Below are positions 9,679 to 20,322 of a stretch of 64,000 nucleotides of DNA, in pieces. Below the pieces are notes generated by a model. It was given only the letters and a program-made list of their open reading frames with translations, ran no database searches and was not told the DNA's origin. The stretch's first letter is position 1. The number at the start of each line of letters is the position of its first letter. A program made the position numbers and the translations under genes. This DNA comes from Candidatus Bathyarchaeota archaeon. GTDB lineage: Archaea; Thermoproteota; Bathyarchaeia; Bathyarchaeales; Bathycorpusculaceae. The stretch covers positions 96,001-160,000 of the forward strand of contig CAWHDT010000005.1 of NCBI GenBank assembly GCA_963828195.1, in the 5' to 3' direction.

Positions 9679-10551
9679 TTAAGAGAAGAGTTCATCGCTT
9701 GCATAGATCGGTTTTTTGCACGTTGGACATTTCTCGTCGGTGGCTTGAATGCGGCTTCCGCAGTTTGGACATATCTGGTTCTTTTTGTTCGCGTGTAGAC
9801 CCTGCATTTCCTTCATTATTTTTCCGTCTTTGAGGAGAAGCATTCTTTCTGTGTTGCGTGCAGCTTGGCTGTCATGCGTGACCATAATTATTGTTGTGCC
9901 CTGGGTGATGTTGAGGTTGCCCAGCAACTTTATGATTCCCTGTTTATTCTGGCTATCCAAGTTTCCTGTCGGTTCATCAGCAAGAATAATCGCGGGATCA
10001 TTTGCTAAAGCTCTGGCAATGGCGACACGTTGTTGCTCTCCAGCGCTGAGACGCTGAGGCCTATGTTCTTCTCTTCCAGACAAGCCAACCATGGCGAGGA
10101 GTTCTTTTGCTTTTTTTGTTTGTTCAGCCTTTGATTTGCCGCGTCCTTCCATGGGTAACTCAACGTTTTCTCTTGCATTTAGGTATGGCAGCAGATTGAA
10201 AGTTTGAAAAACAAACCCCATTTTGTCTCTTCTAATTTTGTAGAGTTCATTTTCGGGAAGCGCTGAAGCGTCGATACCGTCCAGCAGAACTTTACCTTTA
10301 GTCGGCTTATCAATGCAGCCAATAACGTTAAGCAGTGTAGTTTTGCCCGAGCCTGAAGGACCCATAATGGCGACAAACTCCCCTGCGTTTACTGTAAGAT
10401 TCAGATTTACTAAGGCTGGGACATCGCGTTTGCCAAGCATATACGTTTTGCTAAGGTTTTCTATCTGTAGTACTGGTTTACCTGGTCGTGACACCGGTTG
10501 AGGTGCTGCTTGTGGCAGTGGTTTATCTGACTGTAGTGCTGTTTTACTCAT
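9679..10551 (-). CDS. ABC transporter ATP-binding protein (LolD/MacB type) with C-terminal double CxxC zinc ribbon
   Basis: [38 protein letters not shown]; CPNC...CPTC tail. Confidence 0.92.
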   Translation of the reverse strand: MSKTALQSDKPLPQAAPQPVSRPGKPVLQIENLSKTYMLGKRDVPALVNLNLTVNAGEFVAIMGPSGSGKTTLLNVIGCIDKPTKGKVLLDGIDASALPENELYKIRRDKMGFVFQTFNLLPYLNARENVELPMEGRGKSKAEQTKKAKELLAMVGLSGREEHRPQRLSAGEQQRVAIARALANDPAIILADEPTGNLDSQNKQGIIKLLGNLNITQGTTIIMVTHDSQAARNTERMLLLKDGKIMKEMQGLHANKKNQICPNCGSRIQATDEKCPTCKKPIYASDELFS

Positions 10552-12037
10552 ATCTCATTGCCTCTGCTGGTCTGATTTTTGCTGCTCTCCACGCAGGATA
10601 CAGACTTCCTATTGTTCCAAGTAGGATAGCTACACCGAAACCTAAGAGTACAAGCTCAGGAGTCAACGTTGCTACTGCTAATCCTCCGAATCGCGTAGTG
10701 CCTGAGAGCGCCACCGCGCCTGCGGTTCTGCTTGCTCCGCCAGCAACGCTTGGAAGCAAATATTGTGAAATCGTGGGTGCCGCTACCATGCCTATTGCAA
10801 TCCCGACTACGCCTGCAATCATACTTAAGAGAACTCCTTCAAGCATGAATTGCCCCATGACTGTAGAGTTGCTAAAGCCTATTGCTTTAAGCGTGCCAAT
10901 CTCTTTGGTTCGTTCCTTGACCGTGTAGAGCATGACAAACAACACTATCAAGCTTGTTGCTAAAACCACCACAACAATCTCTTCAATAGCGGTTGAATTC
11001 GTTGTGTTATCGGAGGCTTGCGCATTAGCCAGTGCAGTACTATAACCGGTTTCTTCAGTTTGAAGATTGCTTTCGCGATCCTGAGCAGTGCTGACTGTGA
11101 GTTCTGGATGCAATGCACTTATGGCACTTGCTACCGATGAAACATCATCGCTGTTTTGGGCAAAGACAGTGAAGCTGGTTATGTAGCCAGTGTTGTTTGT
11201 TATTGATTGAGCGTCAGCGATGTTCATATACAGAGTTTGTGTGTCCGAAACCGATGATGGGCTGTAGATGCCTACGACTGTAAAGGGTTGGCCTAAAATG
11301 GTAACTGTGTCGCCTACTCCTGCTCCAAAGTACGCTGAGTTGTTTTCGCTGAGAAGTACAGCTCCAGTTTCGCCTGCTTGCAAGTTGCTTCCAGCAGTTA
11401 TGTTTGTCGGCAAAATCGGGTAATTGTTAATCAGGGAAGCATCTACTGGAACCCCTTCAATTGTGTATTCGACTTGCAGAGTCGTAATGGTTCGTGAGTA
11501 CCCGTTAAAATTCAGATTTTGTGTAACATTATTGCCTTCAGAAGCTTGCAGTATTGGTTCAACAGCCGCGACTCCAGAGAGGGTGGTATTAATGTCGCTG
11601 TATAGGGTCTCGTTCATTGGATTAGCTTGGCCACCGTTAAATGCACCGCCACCAAAATAGCCGCCTACAGTACCGCCGCCGAATTGACCGGGCGTAAAGG
11701 TGTGGCCTGATGTGCCGCTATCGCCGGTGCCACCATAGCCACCGTAACCGCTATTGCCGGACGATGTGCTGCCGCTTGGGGGAGTGAAGCCGAACCCTGA
11801 ATAGCTTGACGCAAGACTGCAGTCTATTTGGGTTAATGTTTGGTTGATTTGTGCGCCAGTTTGATTAATTATGTTGCTTAGGTTCGATGAAACCGTGTTT
11901 GCTGTCTTCTCATTAGCTAAAACACCGGCGGGGATTGAAATCATGATTGCTAAAGAGAAACCTAAAGCAATAATGACCAATAACGCACGCATTTTTCTTC
12001 TTGAAATGTTCCTTACTGCTCTACTTACTATACCCAT
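10544..12037 (-). CDS. MacB/FtsX-family ABC permease
   Basis: [41 protein letters not shown]; large Gly/Ser-rich extracellular loop. Confidence 0.9.
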   Translation of the reverse strand: MGIVSRAVRNISRRKMRALLVIIALGFSLAIMISIPAGVLANEKTANTVSSNLSNIINQTGAQINQTLTQIDCSLASSYSGFGFTPPSGSTSSGNSGYGGYGGTGDSGTSGHTFTPGQFGGGTVGGYFGGGAFNGGQANPMNETLYSDINTTLSGVAAVEPILQASEGNNVTQNLNFNGYSRTITTLQVEYTIEGVPVDASLINNYPILPTNITAGSNLQAGETGAVLLSENNSAYFGAGVGDTVTILGQPFTVVGIYSPSSVSDTQTLYMNIADAQSITNNTGYITSFTVFAQNSDDVSSVASAISALHPELTVSTAQDRESNLQTEETGYSTALANAQASDNTTNSTAIEEIVVVVLATSLIVLFVMLYTVKERTKEIGTLKAIGFSNSTVMGQFMLEGVLLSMIAGVVGIAIGMVAAPTISQYLLPSVAGGASRTAGAVALSGTTRFGGLAVATLTPELVLLGFGVAILLGTIGSLYPAWRAAKIRPAEAMRYE

Positions 12038-12509
12038 ATTATACGCCTTTCACATTATTTTTAAAAGGCAACCAAGAGAGAATCGAAGGGGAATTTTATT
12101 GGGCAGTTAATTGGGCTTCTGGCCTAATTTTAATTTCTTTTCTCTACTTGATTGCCTTTTCATGCATACTGTTGAAGTCTTATTAAACAATTTCTCAAAA
12201 TCTCACCCAAATCCAACCATAATTCCAAGAGCAGAAAAACTTGCATATAGAACTGCGTTTATGAAAAAAATCGAATCTAAGATTTACAAAGCCAACCGAG
12301 ATTCCCCCTTGGTCAAAGGTACGTATGCAAGCAAGAAACAACGGATAACAACTTAATTCCGGGCTTGGCTTCAAAGTATAACGTTCTTTCAGTCGAACGG
12401 TAAAGTTTCAAGCAGAACCTGCACAAACGCGATTTTCACAGTTTGAGTTGAAATAAACAAAAAACTTAAACTACACTGAGGAAACTAAAACAGTAAGGAA
12501 GATAACTTT

Positions 12510-12821
12510 ATGGAGCTATTAGAAGAGCTCATTGCAGTTATAGTTATTCTGGCAGGAGTAGGTTTGCTTGTTTATTCGATTCGCACCTTAAGGAAAGAAT
12601 CAAAAACGACGCCAGAACCAAAAATCTATTGTAGTTCATGCGGAACTGCGAATACACCGGAAGCCGTTTTCTGTATTAAATGCGGAGCGAAAATCGCGTG
12701 TTTGCAACAAAATTCAAACGTGGATAAAACTGAAGAAAAAGAGGTAGATGATAAAGAAGCAAACTTGTTTTTTAACGCCGACAAAGACGATGATTTGGTT
12801 TTTCCCGAAGATGGAATTTAA
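12510..12821 (+). CDS. Membrane-anchored zinc-ribbon protein
   Basis: N-terminal TM helix, CSSCG...FCIKCG, acidic tail; AAGGAAG upstream. Confidence 0.75.
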   Translation: MELLEELIAVIVILAGVGLLVYSIRTLRKESKTTPEPKIYCSSCGTANTPEAVFCIKCGAKIACLQQNSNVDKTEEKEVDDKEANLFFNADKDDDLVFPEDGI

Positions 12822-13005
12822 ACGCGAGTTTTGGAAGGAAGACGTTGAGGGCAACTGTGGGCAATTAGTTTTGAAGCTCTTGTTGATTTTTTATACAGTT
12901 CCGCATGGACATTAAAGTTTGATTTTGGGGTAAATAGGGTTCGATTTTGGTAAAGGATTTAATAGTTTTTTGGGCACATCCTCGCATGGAGATGAATCAA
13001 AAAAC

Positions 13006-13650
13006 ATGAGAAAGAGCCTACTAATAATCGCTATCATAGGAGTAATGCTATGCGTAACTGGAGCTATCCTCTTTGCCAACGCTTCTACACCAGCTAGCCC
13101 AGCCGTCAACAGCGCTGCAGCACAGTTAAACGTTCAGCCATCGCTTAGTGTGACAGGCGATTCAATGACGCCATCTAACTGTACGTTCCCAGGCAATTTC
13201 ACTTTTCTAGGTAACATGACCTTCCCAGGGAACTTTGGGTTCCAAGGTAACCGCGGCTTCCAAGGACGAATGATGCAGGGAATGCGGGGGCCGCAAATGA
13301 ATGGTCAGCAATTATCTGAGGGTTTCCTTCAGAACGCTACAGTGGCATCAGTTTCAGGTACAGTTGTCACGGAAACCAGAGGTCTTCTGCTGTTAGACAC
13401 CACTTCAGGTCAGGTCAGCATTCAAATCCCCAATGAATGGAACATAGGCAGCCAAGTCATAGGCGGATATGCCCTATTTAATGGAACATTCGCCAGTTCA
13501 GGACAAACAATAACCATACAAGTACTAGAAAGCAACATCTTCAGCAACACAAACTTCAACCTAAACGAGATGGTCGGTTACCAAGCAACCAACTCAACAG
13601 GCACAATAGCAACCGCAGTACTTCCATTCAATATAACCCCAGCAAGCTAA
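13006..13650 (+). CDS. Secreted hypothetical protein
   Basis: Signal peptide MRKSLLIIAIIGVML after GGAGATGA; TFPGNF-type short repeats; T-rich terminator after the stop. Confidence 0.75.
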   Translation: MRKSLLIIAIIGVMLCVTGAILFANASTPASPAVNSAAAQLNVQPSLSVTGDSMTPSNCTFPGNFTFLGNMTFPGNFGFQGNRGFQGRMMQGMRGPQMNGQQLSEGFLQNATVASVSGTVVTETRGLLLLDTTSGQVSIQIPNEWNIGSQVIGGYALFNGTFASSGQTITIQVLESNIFSNTNFNLNEMVGYQATNSTGTIATAVLPFNITPAS

Positions 13651-13920
13651 ATCATACGATCCCAAAAACTCGCCACCCCTTTTTTCTTTAATACTATTTT
13701 GACTTTTATCTTGATAAAAGTTAACTCAACTTAATTTTCGTCGTTTGATAAACTTTCGGCGATTAATCAATATTAAATTAAACGTTTTTTTTATATTTAG
13801 ACTTAAATTCTTTATAATATGCTGTAAACCTTCGATTTCAATTATTTCTGAAAAGAACACATTTATTACTTCAACCAGATTAAGAGTGACAAAGAATCTC
13901 CTCAACTCGGAGCCCCCTAA

Positions 13921-14223
13921 ATGTCCGTAAACCTCCGCTCGCTAAAATACTTGTTAGGATGGCTTATTGCAGGTACCCGAGGCGGACCAACTCGTGCAAA
14001 AATAATTGAGGAATTAAAAGAAACACCGCAGAATGCAAATCAACTGGCGACTTCGCTGAAGATGGATTATAAAACGATGAGGCATCATCTTGAAGTGCTG
14101 GAGAAAAACAAAATAATCACTTCTGTGGGCGATAGATATGGGGCAACGTATTTTCTGACGCAGGTTATGGAAGAGAACTACGTGATTTTTGAGGAGATTA
14201 TGCAGAAAATCGGGAAAAAGTAG
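13921..14223 (+). CDS. ArsR-family winged-helix transcriptional regulator
   Basis: GTRGGPTRAKII, PQNANQLA, DYKTMRHHLEVL, YGATYFL. Confidence 0.88.
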   Translation: MSVNLRSLKYLLGWLIAGTRGGPTRAKIIEELKETPQNANQLATSLKMDYKTMRHHLEVLEKNKIITSVGDRYGATYFLTQVMEENYVIFEEIMQKIGKK

Positions 14224-14254
14224 AAAAAGGAGCAGGAGCAAGAGGGAGAAACAA

Positions 14255-14692
14255 ATGGATAAACGATTGAAATACGGGTTAATTGTCGGGATTTTAGCAG
14301 CAGCCGCTATTTTTGCGGCTTTTTGGACATTAGTTTTACGTCAGCAGCATATCCCCGGCTTTCAACAAATACGAACCCCCCCGCCCCGTTTTATTCCAGG
14401 AGACTACGAGTATTTTTATGTGGCAAATACGATAATCTCTACAATCAACATTGTGCTCTTGGCGATCTTGTCTTTAATTTACATTAATATCTATGTCAAG
14501 ACGCGTTCTCAATTCACAGGGGGACTTGTAATTTTTGCTTTAGTCTTCCTTGTGCAAAACGTGACGTCAAGTCCATTTATAATATCGCCATTCGGATTTA
14601 GAGCTTATGGACTTGGGCCATTCGAGTTTCTGCCAGGCTTATTCGAGCTTGTCGCCTTATCCGTACTTCTTTACCTAAGCGTCAGGTACTAA
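14255..14692 (+). CDS. Membrane protein co-transcribed with the ArsR gene
   Basis: About 4 TM segments, Y.KTRSQFT.GL..F pattern; GAGGGAG RBS before ATG 14255. Confidence 0.75.
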   Translation: MDKRLKYGLIVGILAAAAIFAAFWTLVLRQQHIPGFQQIRTPPPRFIPGDYEYFYVANTIISTINIVLLAILSLIYINIYVKTRSQFTGGLVIFALVFLVQNVTSSPFIISPFGFRAYGLGPFEFLPGLFELVALSVLLYLSVRY

Positions 14693-14856
14693 ACAAAAGC
14701 CAACCTAAAGATGGCTTACTGTTAAACGGGGAGCAGGCAAGCTAAATCCGCGGGTACATTTTTGAAATCTGCGTCAGCGACAACAATTAGGTTTTCGTAG
14801 GGCAAAAAATAAATCGTTAGTCAAACAAACGCTTTGGCACCTGCTCTTAGCTGAAA

Positions 14857-15831
14857 ATGGAGAAGACAATAATACAGACGCTTACCAAAAACCAGAAACT
14901 CATTTTAGTCATAGCTATAGCCGCGGCGTTGAACGCAATTACCTTTTGCCTCGCGTTTCCCGAAACGTTTAAGCCAGAATCAACCACGTGGGCAAGAGAT
15001 TTTTCAGCGTACTACATTGGAGCTTGGCGATTGTATCATAATCCAAATACGATCTATTGGGGAGCTGTTCAACCGGGAGACTACCGGATTCTGCCTGCGC
15101 CGCAAACCTTCAAGTATGCGCCATCCTTCCTGATTTTGTTTACACCCTTCCTATCTTTAAGTTACCAAAATGCATTCACCATATTTGACATATTACAAGT
15201 CGCTTTGATTCCAGCTTTGGCTTTCTTTGTTTACAAACTCGTGAAGAACAAAAACTTGGTTTTCGGTGCCATAGCAGCCGTCGTTGTTTTGATGGAGCCT
15301 CTTCCAACGCCGCCCATCAACCAAGCCTCACTAAACCTGCTTCAAAGCAGATTCTTCAGCCTGAATCCCCAATCCTTTGCTCCCGGCTACTTCGTGGGTT
15401 ACGCCTTAGGAAATGCGCACATACTTCAAACTGTCCTTTTGGTAGGCGCTTTGTATTTTGGATTCACTAAAAAACCTTGGATATCGGCGTTACTGTTTGC
15501 GTTCGGCGCATTTGATCCGCGTGCAGCACTTCTTGCGCTCCCCCTGCTTTTATGGTACAACCGACAAAGAATAAAGCCGTTTATTGCGGGCGCTGCCTCA
15601 TTTTTCGCCATCACAAACTTGCCTTTCTTCTTCTATCATAATATAGGATTTTCATTCTTGCGCGGTGAAGTAAGCGGCTCCATCATCTCGCAGATGTACC
15701 CCTACGATTGGCTTCCAATATATGCGGTTGTTTCTTTAACCGTGATCGAAATAATCAATGTTGCCCGAACCTCAAAAACAGAAAGCCTTCCAGTAGAGAA
15801 AAAAATTGGAACCGATAGAACGGCGCTGTGA
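14857..15831 (+). CDS. GT-C/GT87-like integral membrane glycosyltransferase
   Basis: RDFSAYY.GAW, F.Y.P.F..LF.PF, GN..ILQ motifs; many TM segments. Confidence 0.65.
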   Translation: MEKTIIQTLTKNQKLILVIAIAAALNAITFCLAFPETFKPESTTWARDFSAYYIGAWRLYHNPNTIYWGAVQPGDYRILPAPQTFKYAPSFLILFTPFLSLSYQNAFTIFDILQVALIPALAFFVYKLVKNKNLVFGAIAAVVVLMEPLPTPPINQASLNLLQSRFFSLNPQSFAPGYFVGYALGNAHILQTVLLVGALYFGFTKKPWISALLFAFGAFDPRAALLALPLLLWYNRQRIKPFIAGAASFFAITNLPFFFYHNIGFSFLRGEVSGSIISQMYPYDWLPIYAVVSLTVIEIINVARTSKTESLPVEKKIGTDRTAL

Positions 15832-15871
15832 AGAATCTTTTTAGGCGACGTATCAAGGTTATTTTTAGCGG

Positions 15872-17062
15872 TCATTCCTTGCGAATTACTTCGAATTTTT
15901 TTGGATCTCCCTTAAAAAGACCAATAAGATGAACAACAAAATTCAACCCCACTGTAAGGTAACTTGCCGCGGTCCCAGCTAACGCGTGTTTCCAGCCCAT
16001 ACATTTTCCAATGGTGTAGGCTCTAATTGCAAGCCATACGCCTAAAGTCATGTATATGAATGGCAAGAGCACAGCGGGGATATTAACGACGCCTAAATAG
16101 TACAGTGGCAGTCCTATTGTTCCGATTGAGAATAGCCACAATCCTGAGAACCCGATAACAGTTAACCTAATCCTGTTTGGCAGAGGCAGCATTTTCTCCC
16201 TTAAAATTGACATTTGCCCCCAAAACCATCTGCGCCTCTGTGTAACTGCATCTGCGAAACTCAATGGCGGCAGTATGAAAATTCTTGCGTCCGAATTAAA
16301 TATGCTGTAACCCATCACTGCTGCTTTGTGGAAATAAAAGGAGTCTTCGTTGAGGATCAATTTGTGCTTAGTGTTATGGGTAAAGGTGCTTATGTCGTAG
16401 GAAACGTTTTTGTCTACTTGACTGCTCATGCAGGTTCCTTCGCCGTGAGCCCAAAGCGGATGCCCCAAATTTGTAAAAAAGTTGCAGAAGATCCCGCATG
16501 CGACGCAGCGTTCATAGTCAAGAATGGTGTTCCATACGCTTTTTACTTGAGGAGTAATGGTTCCAATGATGATGTCAGCTTGGACGGTTAAGCTTTCATT
16601 TATGAATTCAATGCTGGGCACTGCGTCATCATCGCCCTGAAGCAGCAAGTAGTTTGATTCCAGCTTGCCTTCGTCAACTAAGCTTTGCCTTAACCTGCGA
16701 GCGTACTCTAAAGCGCGGCTTTTGTATAAATCTTCACAGACGAAATCTTTGGGAACAACCACAACCTTATCGCATACGTATTCAGCCTTATGTTTATCCC
16801 ATTCTTCAATAATCACCCAGGTCTCCAGAGGCACAGGCAAAGAATAGTTTTTCACTGTCGCAAATATTTTATTTACCGAATTAACGTTGCCTATAGTAGG
16901 TATCTGAAAAATAATTTTGTCAACTTTTTTCTCAACCAGCCCTTTCTGTTTCAACAGCTTCGTCTTTCTTGTCCTGTTAAATAATTCTCCAAACCCTAAC
17001 AGGAATAGGTACAAAAGCGGAGAGAGCCAAATCACCGAAATTAAATAATCAACTACAAGCAT
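15872..17062 (-). CDS. GT2 family membrane glycosyltransferase (egghead-like)
   Basis: FQIPTIG, YKSRALEYA, DDD, NEDSYF, QRRRWFWG; C-terminal TMs and FEVIRK. Confidence 0.8.
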   Translation of the reverse strand: MLVVDYLISVIWLSPLLYLFLLGFGELFNRTRKTKLLKQKGLVEKKVDKIIFQIPTIGNVNSVNKIFATVKNYSLPVPLETWVIIEEWDKHKAEYVCDKVVVVPKDFVCEDLYKSRALEYARRLRQSLVDEGKLESNYLLLQGDDDAVPSIEFINESLTVQADIIIGTITPQVKSVWNTILDYERCVACGIFCNFFTNLGHPLWAHGEGTCMSSQVDKNVSYDISTFTHNTKHKLILNEDSFYFHKAAVMGYSIFNSDARIFILPPLSFADAVTQRRRWFWGQMSILREKMLPLPNRIRLTVIGFSGLWLFSIGTIGLPLYYLGVVNIPAVLLPFIYMTLGVWLAIRAYTIGKCMGWKHALAGTAASYLTVGLNFVVHLIGLFKGDPKKFEVIRKE

Positions 17063-17412
17063 GCTTATGACTTAATCCATCCTTAGAGTACATGCTCTAT
17101 GATTAGAAGCACATTTGAAACTGACATGTTTTTGAGGACTCTTGAGGTCGGAGAAGACGTCACATTCAAAAATGAAAGCTAATTGACTTAACTTCTCAAA
17201 CAGAAACTTCCGTACCCCCTCAATTGCCAGACCCTCATGACGTTAATCACGCTTTTAAGCCCACTCTCTTGACTAGTCAGCGTTTCTTTTGTCAACCAAT
17301 TCTTAAAAGCTTTGCTCCAAATACTCTCCCAATTATTTTTCTACGAAAACGTAAATAAACTTGACCAACATTGAGTCTATGGCGCTCCCAAAAAACATAT
17401 CAGCAAACAAGT

Positions 17413-17489
17413 GCCGAGGTAGCTCAGCCTGGGAGAGCGCTCGGCTGAAGACCGAGTCGTCGCATGTTCAAACCCTGCCCTCGGCACCA
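17413..17489 (+). tRNA. tRNA-Phe (GAA), intronless, CCA encoded
   Basis: Acceptor GCCGAGG/CCTCGGC, D stem GCTC/GAGC, anticodon arm CTCGG-CTGAAGA-CCGAG, T loop TTCAAAC, ACCA end; one T-stem mismatch. Confidence 0.9.
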
Positions 17490-17724
17490 ACCAACATTTC
17501 TAGATATAACCTTCGAAAATTGGGGTTGCTTTTAATAGGTTAGTTGCTTAAAAATATCGAACATCAAGTCAATTTTCAGACTTTATTTTTTGCTAAATAT
17601 TTCCCCGTAGGTTTCAGGAGAAATAATGGGAAATCCTTAAGAAAGGCGCGGCAAGGCACACATGCTATAACCACTAAATTGCATGGTGACCATATAAGAA
17701 TTGCTTAACAGGACCTTGATGTAA

Positions 17725-20298
17725 ATGCCAAGATCATTTTTCGACTCATTAAACCACCTAATCCAAAAGCGTTATCGATGGGTTATCGTCGCATGGGTGA
17801 TTGCGGTGGTGCTTTCGCTTGCTCTTATCCCAAGCTTCTTCTCATCGGTCAACTATAACCTAACTGGCGGGTTCGGAGGGCCGTCGAACGCCATGTCGGC
17901 TAAAGCAGCCAACATAGTGCAGGCTCAGTTTCCAAGCTCTAACGCCAGCGACAATAGCATCCTTGTTGTCATCCAGAACGCTTCTGTGTATTCCGATTCT
18001 CTGCGGCAGAGCGTGCTTGAACTAAACCAAACATTATACAACGACCCCAACGTCGGAAATTACACGGGGGAACAAAGCCTCTATTCGTTAGAAGAGAGCC
18101 TTCTTGACGAGTCTTTGCCAGCTCTGGTTAGTCAGGCGGCAAGCCTTCAATCAAGCTTGATCACAACTAACACTAGCAACGTGCAAGCATGGAATCAAGC
18201 CTGCAGCATTATTTCAACCGCCACCGAAAACACCTTTACCGATTCTCCGCTCTTCACAATAAACACTGCTTCCTTAACCAGCTTACTTTCAAGCCTTTCG
18301 CCTAACGCAACAACCGCCGACATAAACCAAGCGATTGACAACGTGATTAAAACTCAATCAGCTACAAATTACCCGTACGCTGCTTCGACGGCGTTAACAG
18401 GTAACTTCGTTAACTCACAGAACAACACCATGCTTGTAGTTTTCACTTTCTCATCAAACCCAATCGACGGCACCATCTCTCATGTGCAGTCTGATGTGGA
18501 TAACTCGGGGCTGCAAAACTACGGAACAATTTATGTGACAGGGAACTCGGTGTTAACAGAAGACATGGGAAAAGCGTTCTTGCCTGCCCTAGAAATTACC
18601 ATTGGACCTGGAATTGCAATATCGCTTCTGATTGTTGGCTTGCTCTTTTTGGCGCCGTTAGCTGCTTTGATTCCTGTGCTGCTTGGAGGGGTTTCAATTT
18701 CAGTTGCACTTGCATCCATCTACTTTGGCGTTGTAGAGGTTGGCAAAGGAACATTAACTTTCCTCACGCCCACGTTGACTATTCTGCTTATGCTCGGGTT
18801 AGCTGTGGACTACGCGGTGCTGCAGCTTAGACGCACAAGAGAAGAGCGGCAAAAAGGAAAAACAATCGAGGAAAGTGTAGCTGTTTCCATTAAGTGGGCT
18901 GGTCAAGCCGTATTAACCGCAGGCATAACCGTTATTGTCGCATACATCGTCATGGCAGTTGCTAACGTGCCCCTCTTCAGCGACGTGGGAACAGCCATAG
19001 CGCTTGGAGTTGCAATTTTGCTGACGGCTTCTCTTACCTTATTGCCTGCTCTTGAGATTGCGTTAGGTGACAGGATTTTTTGGCCAGGAATAAATAGGCA
19101 AGGCAAAGCGAAGGCTGATCCTAACCAGAACAGGTTAAGGCGCTTCGCACGTAGCACTCTTAAACATAAAGTGCCCGTAGTAATCATAATTAGTTTAGTG
19201 GCTTTAAGCGCCTTCGCCGTAGTCTACATTACCCCTACCGGAGAGGATTTTCTAAAGCTTATCCCCAACTTCCAAAGCAATCAAGGGCTCACTGTTATTT
19301 CAAACAGTTTTGGAAGCGGAACATTGAGTCCAACCTCCATCGTTGTCACAACTTCCACACCGATAACTTACGGAAACAACCAGTTTAACGAGACTTTGTT
19401 GAACCAGATAGAGCAAATTACAGCTTCCGCTGCAGATTCTAAGGGAGTTACCAGCGTTTCTGGACCAACTAGACCCTACGGAGACGTATTCAACTACTCT
19501 AACTTGGAAAATATGGCTCAGCCAATCCAAATACAATACGAAAGTCAGATGCTTTCAACAATTGGAAAAGATAATCAGACTGCAGTAATTACAGTGAACC
19601 TTTCGAATTCATCAGAGAGCCCAGCTGCCATCAACGCATTACATGGGGTCGAAAAGAACATCAACCAACTGTCTCTTGTAAACGGCGTTAAAGTTTACTT
19701 TGGAGGCGAAACGCAGTCAGTAGCTGACAGCGAAGCCTTTATGGGAAGTTTGGTTCCGGAAGTTGTGTTGATTTTGGCAGCCGCGGTTTACGTGATTTTG
19801 TTTCTGCAGCTCCGTTCAGCCTTCACTCCAATACGCTTGATTGTTACGATACTTTGCAGCGTTGTCTTCTCTTTAACACTCATCTCGATCATATTCTACT
19901 ACGCTCTTAACCTGCCTATTCTGGATTTTGCGCCGCTGTTCGTAGTTGTAACAATGCTTGGAGTCGGAATCGACTACGACATATTCTTCATAACGCGCAT
20001 CCGCGAAGAAGTCCTCAGCGGCAAAAGCGACAACGAAGCAATAGTGACCGCCGTCGAGAAAGTTTGGGTCACCATCCTTGGACTCGGACTGGTACTCGCC
20101 ACAGTTTTCGCATCACTAATAATAACTAACATCGCTATCCTCCAAGAAATCGCCCTTGCAGTCGCCGGCGCCATAATGATAGACGTAACCATCGTTATTC
20201 TGCTCTTCGTACCATCGCTTATGGGTCTGGCGCAAAAACTCAACTGGTGGCCCTACAAGCTCTCCAGAAACAAAAAGCCCGAAAACAACAGCAGCTAA
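17725..20298 (+). CDS. MMPL/RND family transporter
   Basis: Two TM repeats with GLAVDYA and GVGIDYDIFFITRIREE; two large extracellular loops. Confidence 0.9.
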   Translation: MPRSFFDSLNHLIQKRYRWVIVAWVIAVVLSLALIPSFFSSVNYNLTGGFGGPSNAMSAKAANIVQAQFPSSNASDNSILVVIQNASVYSDSLRQSVLELNQTLYNDPNVGNYTGEQSLYSLEESLLDESLPALVSQAASLQSSLITTNTSNVQAWNQACSIISTATENTFTDSPLFTINTASLTSLLSSLSPNATTADINQAIDNVIKTQSATNYPYAASTALTGNFVNSQNNTMLVVFTFSSNPIDGTISHVQSDVDNSGLQNYGTIYVTGNSVLTEDMGKAFLPALEITIGPGIAISLLIVGLLFLAPLAALIPVLLGGVSISVALASIYFGVVEVGKGTLTFLTPTLTILLMLGLAVDYAVLQLRRTREERQKGKTIEESVAVSIKWAGQAVLTAGITVIVAYIVMAVANVPLFSDVGTAIALGVAILLTASLTLLPALEIALGDRIFWPGINRQGKAKADPNQNRLRRFARSTLKHKVPVVIIISLVALSAFAVVYITPTGEDFLKLIPNFQSNQGLTVISNSFGSGTLSPTSIVVTTSTPITYGNNQFNETLLNQIEQITASAADSKGVTSVSGPTRPYGDVFNYSNLENMAQPIQIQYESQMLSTIGKDNQTAVITVNLSNSSESPAAINALHGVEKNINQLSLVNGVKVYFGGETQSVADSEAFMGSLVPEVVLILAAAVYVILFLQLRSAFTPIRLIVTILCSVVFSLTLISIIFYYALNLPILDFAPLFVVVTMLGVGIDYDIFFITRIREEVLSGKSDNEAIVTAVEKVWVTILGLGLVLATVFASLIITNIAILQEIALAVAGAIMIDVTIVILLFVPSLMGLAQKLNWWPYKLSRNKKPENNSS

Positions 20299-20322
20299 GC
20301 AAACCTAAGCAGAAAAAGCCGT

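Noticed and set aside
17361-17543. 60-aa ORF
   Set aside because: Overlaps tRNA-Phe
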